Shown here: positions 62,128 to 64,000 of the stretch, in pieces | How positions within the stretch are numbered: the first letter of the stretch is position 1 | Layout: each line of letters begins with the position of its first letter | Source: Minutocellus sp. GHC0000111 | Lineage: Eukaryota | Assembly: GCA_977018835.1 (NCBI GenBank) | Contig: OZ361257.1 | Coordinates: 5,208,001-5,272,000, forward strand | Reading direction: 5' to 3' | DNA length: 64,000 nt | The notes under the pieces: generated by a model | What the model was told of the DNA's origin: nothing | Database searches by the model: none | What the model saw: only the letters and a program-made list of their open reading frames with translations | Translations under genes and position numbers: made by a program

Positions 62128-64000
62128 ATGAGAATTGAGCACATGGGTCGGGTCCCACCCCAACACTGTTCTTTACCACTCCAACACTGTTCTTTACCAA
62201 CGATGACCGATAGCGATCCTACTAGCACCAACGGTGCTGGCGTTAACGGTGTACCTAATTCCTTGCTTTTGCGATGCACTCGTTGTGGATTAGTTCTCAA
62301 CGATCCAGAGACTGGCCTGCTCCGGTCTGTCCAGGATGAAGCTCATAATGGCCGGTGTCTGTTCTGCTTCCCCCTCCCGACGAGGGAGAATATTGCAGAG
62401 ATGAGAAGACTACAGGTCGAAGAATATCGCCTTCGTTTGGAGACGACACGTGGCGGCCATGGTTCCGAGGCCGTGGTCCCACCAACCGCCGACCAAGCGT
62501 CCGTTGCGAACACATGTAGGGATTCTACTTTGGTTACTGATACCATTGACGCCGCTACCGACCGGAACACAACTTTTAATGCGTCGGTAACCCAAGCGAT
62601 ACCAGTAACTCCAGCGGCCATCGGTTGTCAAAGGAATGGCGGAGAACATCAAGTGAACCCTGCCGCTCTGAGTGTCGATTCTCGGGCCCAGGGCCATTCA
62701 TGTAGCTATGGACTACGACCTGGCTGCCAAGACGAAGGTCAAGGCCAAGCCACAGCATTTCGGCCTCGTACTTTGCTCAATGACGATGATGTTAATGCTG
62801 GCCAAACCGATGGGCACGGGGCCGACCACACTGACACACCACCTTCAACACAGGAGAATGCAGAAACGGACGAGCAGATGGAGGAGAAGGACATGGCAGC
62901 AGAAGACGCCGCGAGTGGTTCACCACAGGACGCGTCGACTTCTCATTTACAATCGACAGCCCCTTCACCTTCTCTCGCAACTGTAATTGCAACTGCAGCA
63001 GGCGCCACCGGCGGCGGTGGCAGTGTGCCGGATGGATCCTTTTTCTCGATAGTAGCAATGTTTGAAGCGCAGGAGAGGGAGGATAATGGTGGCAGCGGCG
63101 ACGACGGCGGTATAGAGGAAGTTGTCATGGCCTTTGATGGAGATCGCACAAAGGATGGTGAAGATGAGGGGAGGAGCGATCACAAGATCAACAACAAACG
63201 AAAAGATCCTCCGGATAAATCGGATGCTTCTACTATGGAGAGTGTGAATGGTTCCTTTTCGCCTTCAGTGACAGCACCCGCGGTACACCAACAAAATCCT
63301 CCATCAGAATCATTATCCCAAGTCGAGAATGAAAGTGATAGCGAAGGTGAGAACTCACGGAAAAGGATTCGCAGTGGTAGCTGTTCCGCTTTTTTAAACG
63401 CCAACGACCCACTATTCAAAGAAATTCAGACCTACATAACAGAAGGACAGGCCAAGGATATAAGTGTTGGTCAAAGGGATGTTTATGTCGAGAAGCTCAG
63501 GGTAATAATTGAGAATGAGGAGTCCACCAACACTAAGAAGCAGCACGCGAGCACCATGATATCCCTCGAAGCACCCAAGATGATTGTAACTGCCATGCAA
63601 AGAATTGCAGCGAGCTTTGTGAGCCTTAAAATGGCCAAGGCAAGGAACGCGTGTGCTAGATACATGTCAGAGTGCTGTCACACTCTAGCCACTCTCGCGT
63701 ACTATGGCAGAGCTCAATCTGTGGTTGATGTTGGTGCCATACCGGCTACCATCTCGGCGTTAGAGATGAATGCGAAAATTCGGAATCCAAAGCTTTATCT
63801 CCATGGAATCGAGGCATTGCAAACTCTGTCAGTATGTGCGACCGAAGAGATATTGGAGAACGAAGGTCTTGCGATGATTTCATCTATTGTTGTTCATTTG
63901 CAGACGAAAATACGTTCCAATAGCAGCAGAGACACAAAGCATACCCTTCGAATGATAATGAGGTTGCTGGACAATATGTCTTCTTCATCTCAGCTGGGCA
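62128..64000 (+). CDS. CxxC...CxxC motif + ARM-like repeat protein, open to the window end (not in the ORF track)
   Basis: Frame open from 62128 (or ATG 62203): CTRCGLVL...HNGRCLFC, low-complexity linker, then APKMIVTAMQ...VGAIPATISALE helical repeats. Confidence 0.72.
   Translation, partial: MRIEHMGRVPPQHCSLPLQHCSLPTMTDSDPTSTNGAGVNGVPNSLLLRCTRCGLVLNDPETGLLRSVQDEAHNGRCLFCFPLPTRENIAEMRRLQVEEYRLRLETTRGGHGSEAVVPPTADQASVANTCRDSTLVTDTIDAATDRNTTFNASVTQAIPVTPAAIGCQRNGGEHQVNPAALSVDSRAQGHSCSYGLRPGCQDEGQGQATAFRPRTLLNDDDVNAGQTDGHGADHTDTPPSTQENAETDEQMEEKDMAAEDAASGSPQDASTSHLQSTAPSPSLATVIATAAGATGGGGSVPDGSFFSIVAMFEAQEREDNGGSGDDGGIEEVVMAFDGDRTKDGEDEGRSDHKINNKRKDPPDKSDASTMESVNGSFSPSVTAPAVHQQNPPSESLSQVENESDSEGENSRKRIRSGSCSAFLNANDPLFKEIQTYITEGQAKDISVGQRDVYVEKLRVIIENEESTNTKKQHASTMISLEAPKMIVTAMQRIAASFVSLKMAKARNACARYMSECCHTLATLAYYGRAQSVVDVGAIPATISALEMNAKIRNPKLYLHGIEALQTLSVCATEEILENEGLAMISSIVVHLQTKIRSNSSRDTKHTLRMIMRLLDNMSSSSQLG

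Overview
Eukaryotic nuclear DNA, most likely from a diatom: it has GT-AG introns and several bipartite signal-peptide + ASAF(AP)-type plastid-targeting leaders. About 15 protein genes are recognisable: SOS1-like Na+/H+ antiporter, plastid methyltransferase, HAS1 helicase, thioredoxin, calycin-like protein, GAF + HGGG zinc-finger protein, AATF/Bfr2, chorismate synthase, TBC1D23-like, DUF4787-like, Brr2, a small basic plastid protein missed by the ORF track, FabI/ENR, a coiled-coil protein, and two ARM-repeat proteins (one with a SHAQKYF-class Myb domain). They are interspersed with many cut-and-paste DNA transposons: one full-length but frameshifted DD39D mariner, a truncated copy of it, several TA-flanked MITE families, and GAG...CTC elements with 4-bp TSDs. 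Three patterns stand out. (1) Intergenic DNA is paved with TA-[palindrome]-TA motifs whose cores match the termini of transposon families in this same window; several are demonstrably insertions, so they look like a readable record of excision footprints. (2) A zone at about 24.4-29.9 kb is depleted of both CpG and TpA, shows TA->TG/CA changes, and carries clustered telomere-like CCCTAA inserts, suggesting a RIP-like hypermutation process. (3) Many normally essential genes (HAS1, Brr2, ENR leader, SOS1, TBC1D23-like) carry lesions, suggesting a decaying allele or duplicate segment. Some 1-bp homopolymer indels may be long-read consensus errors.
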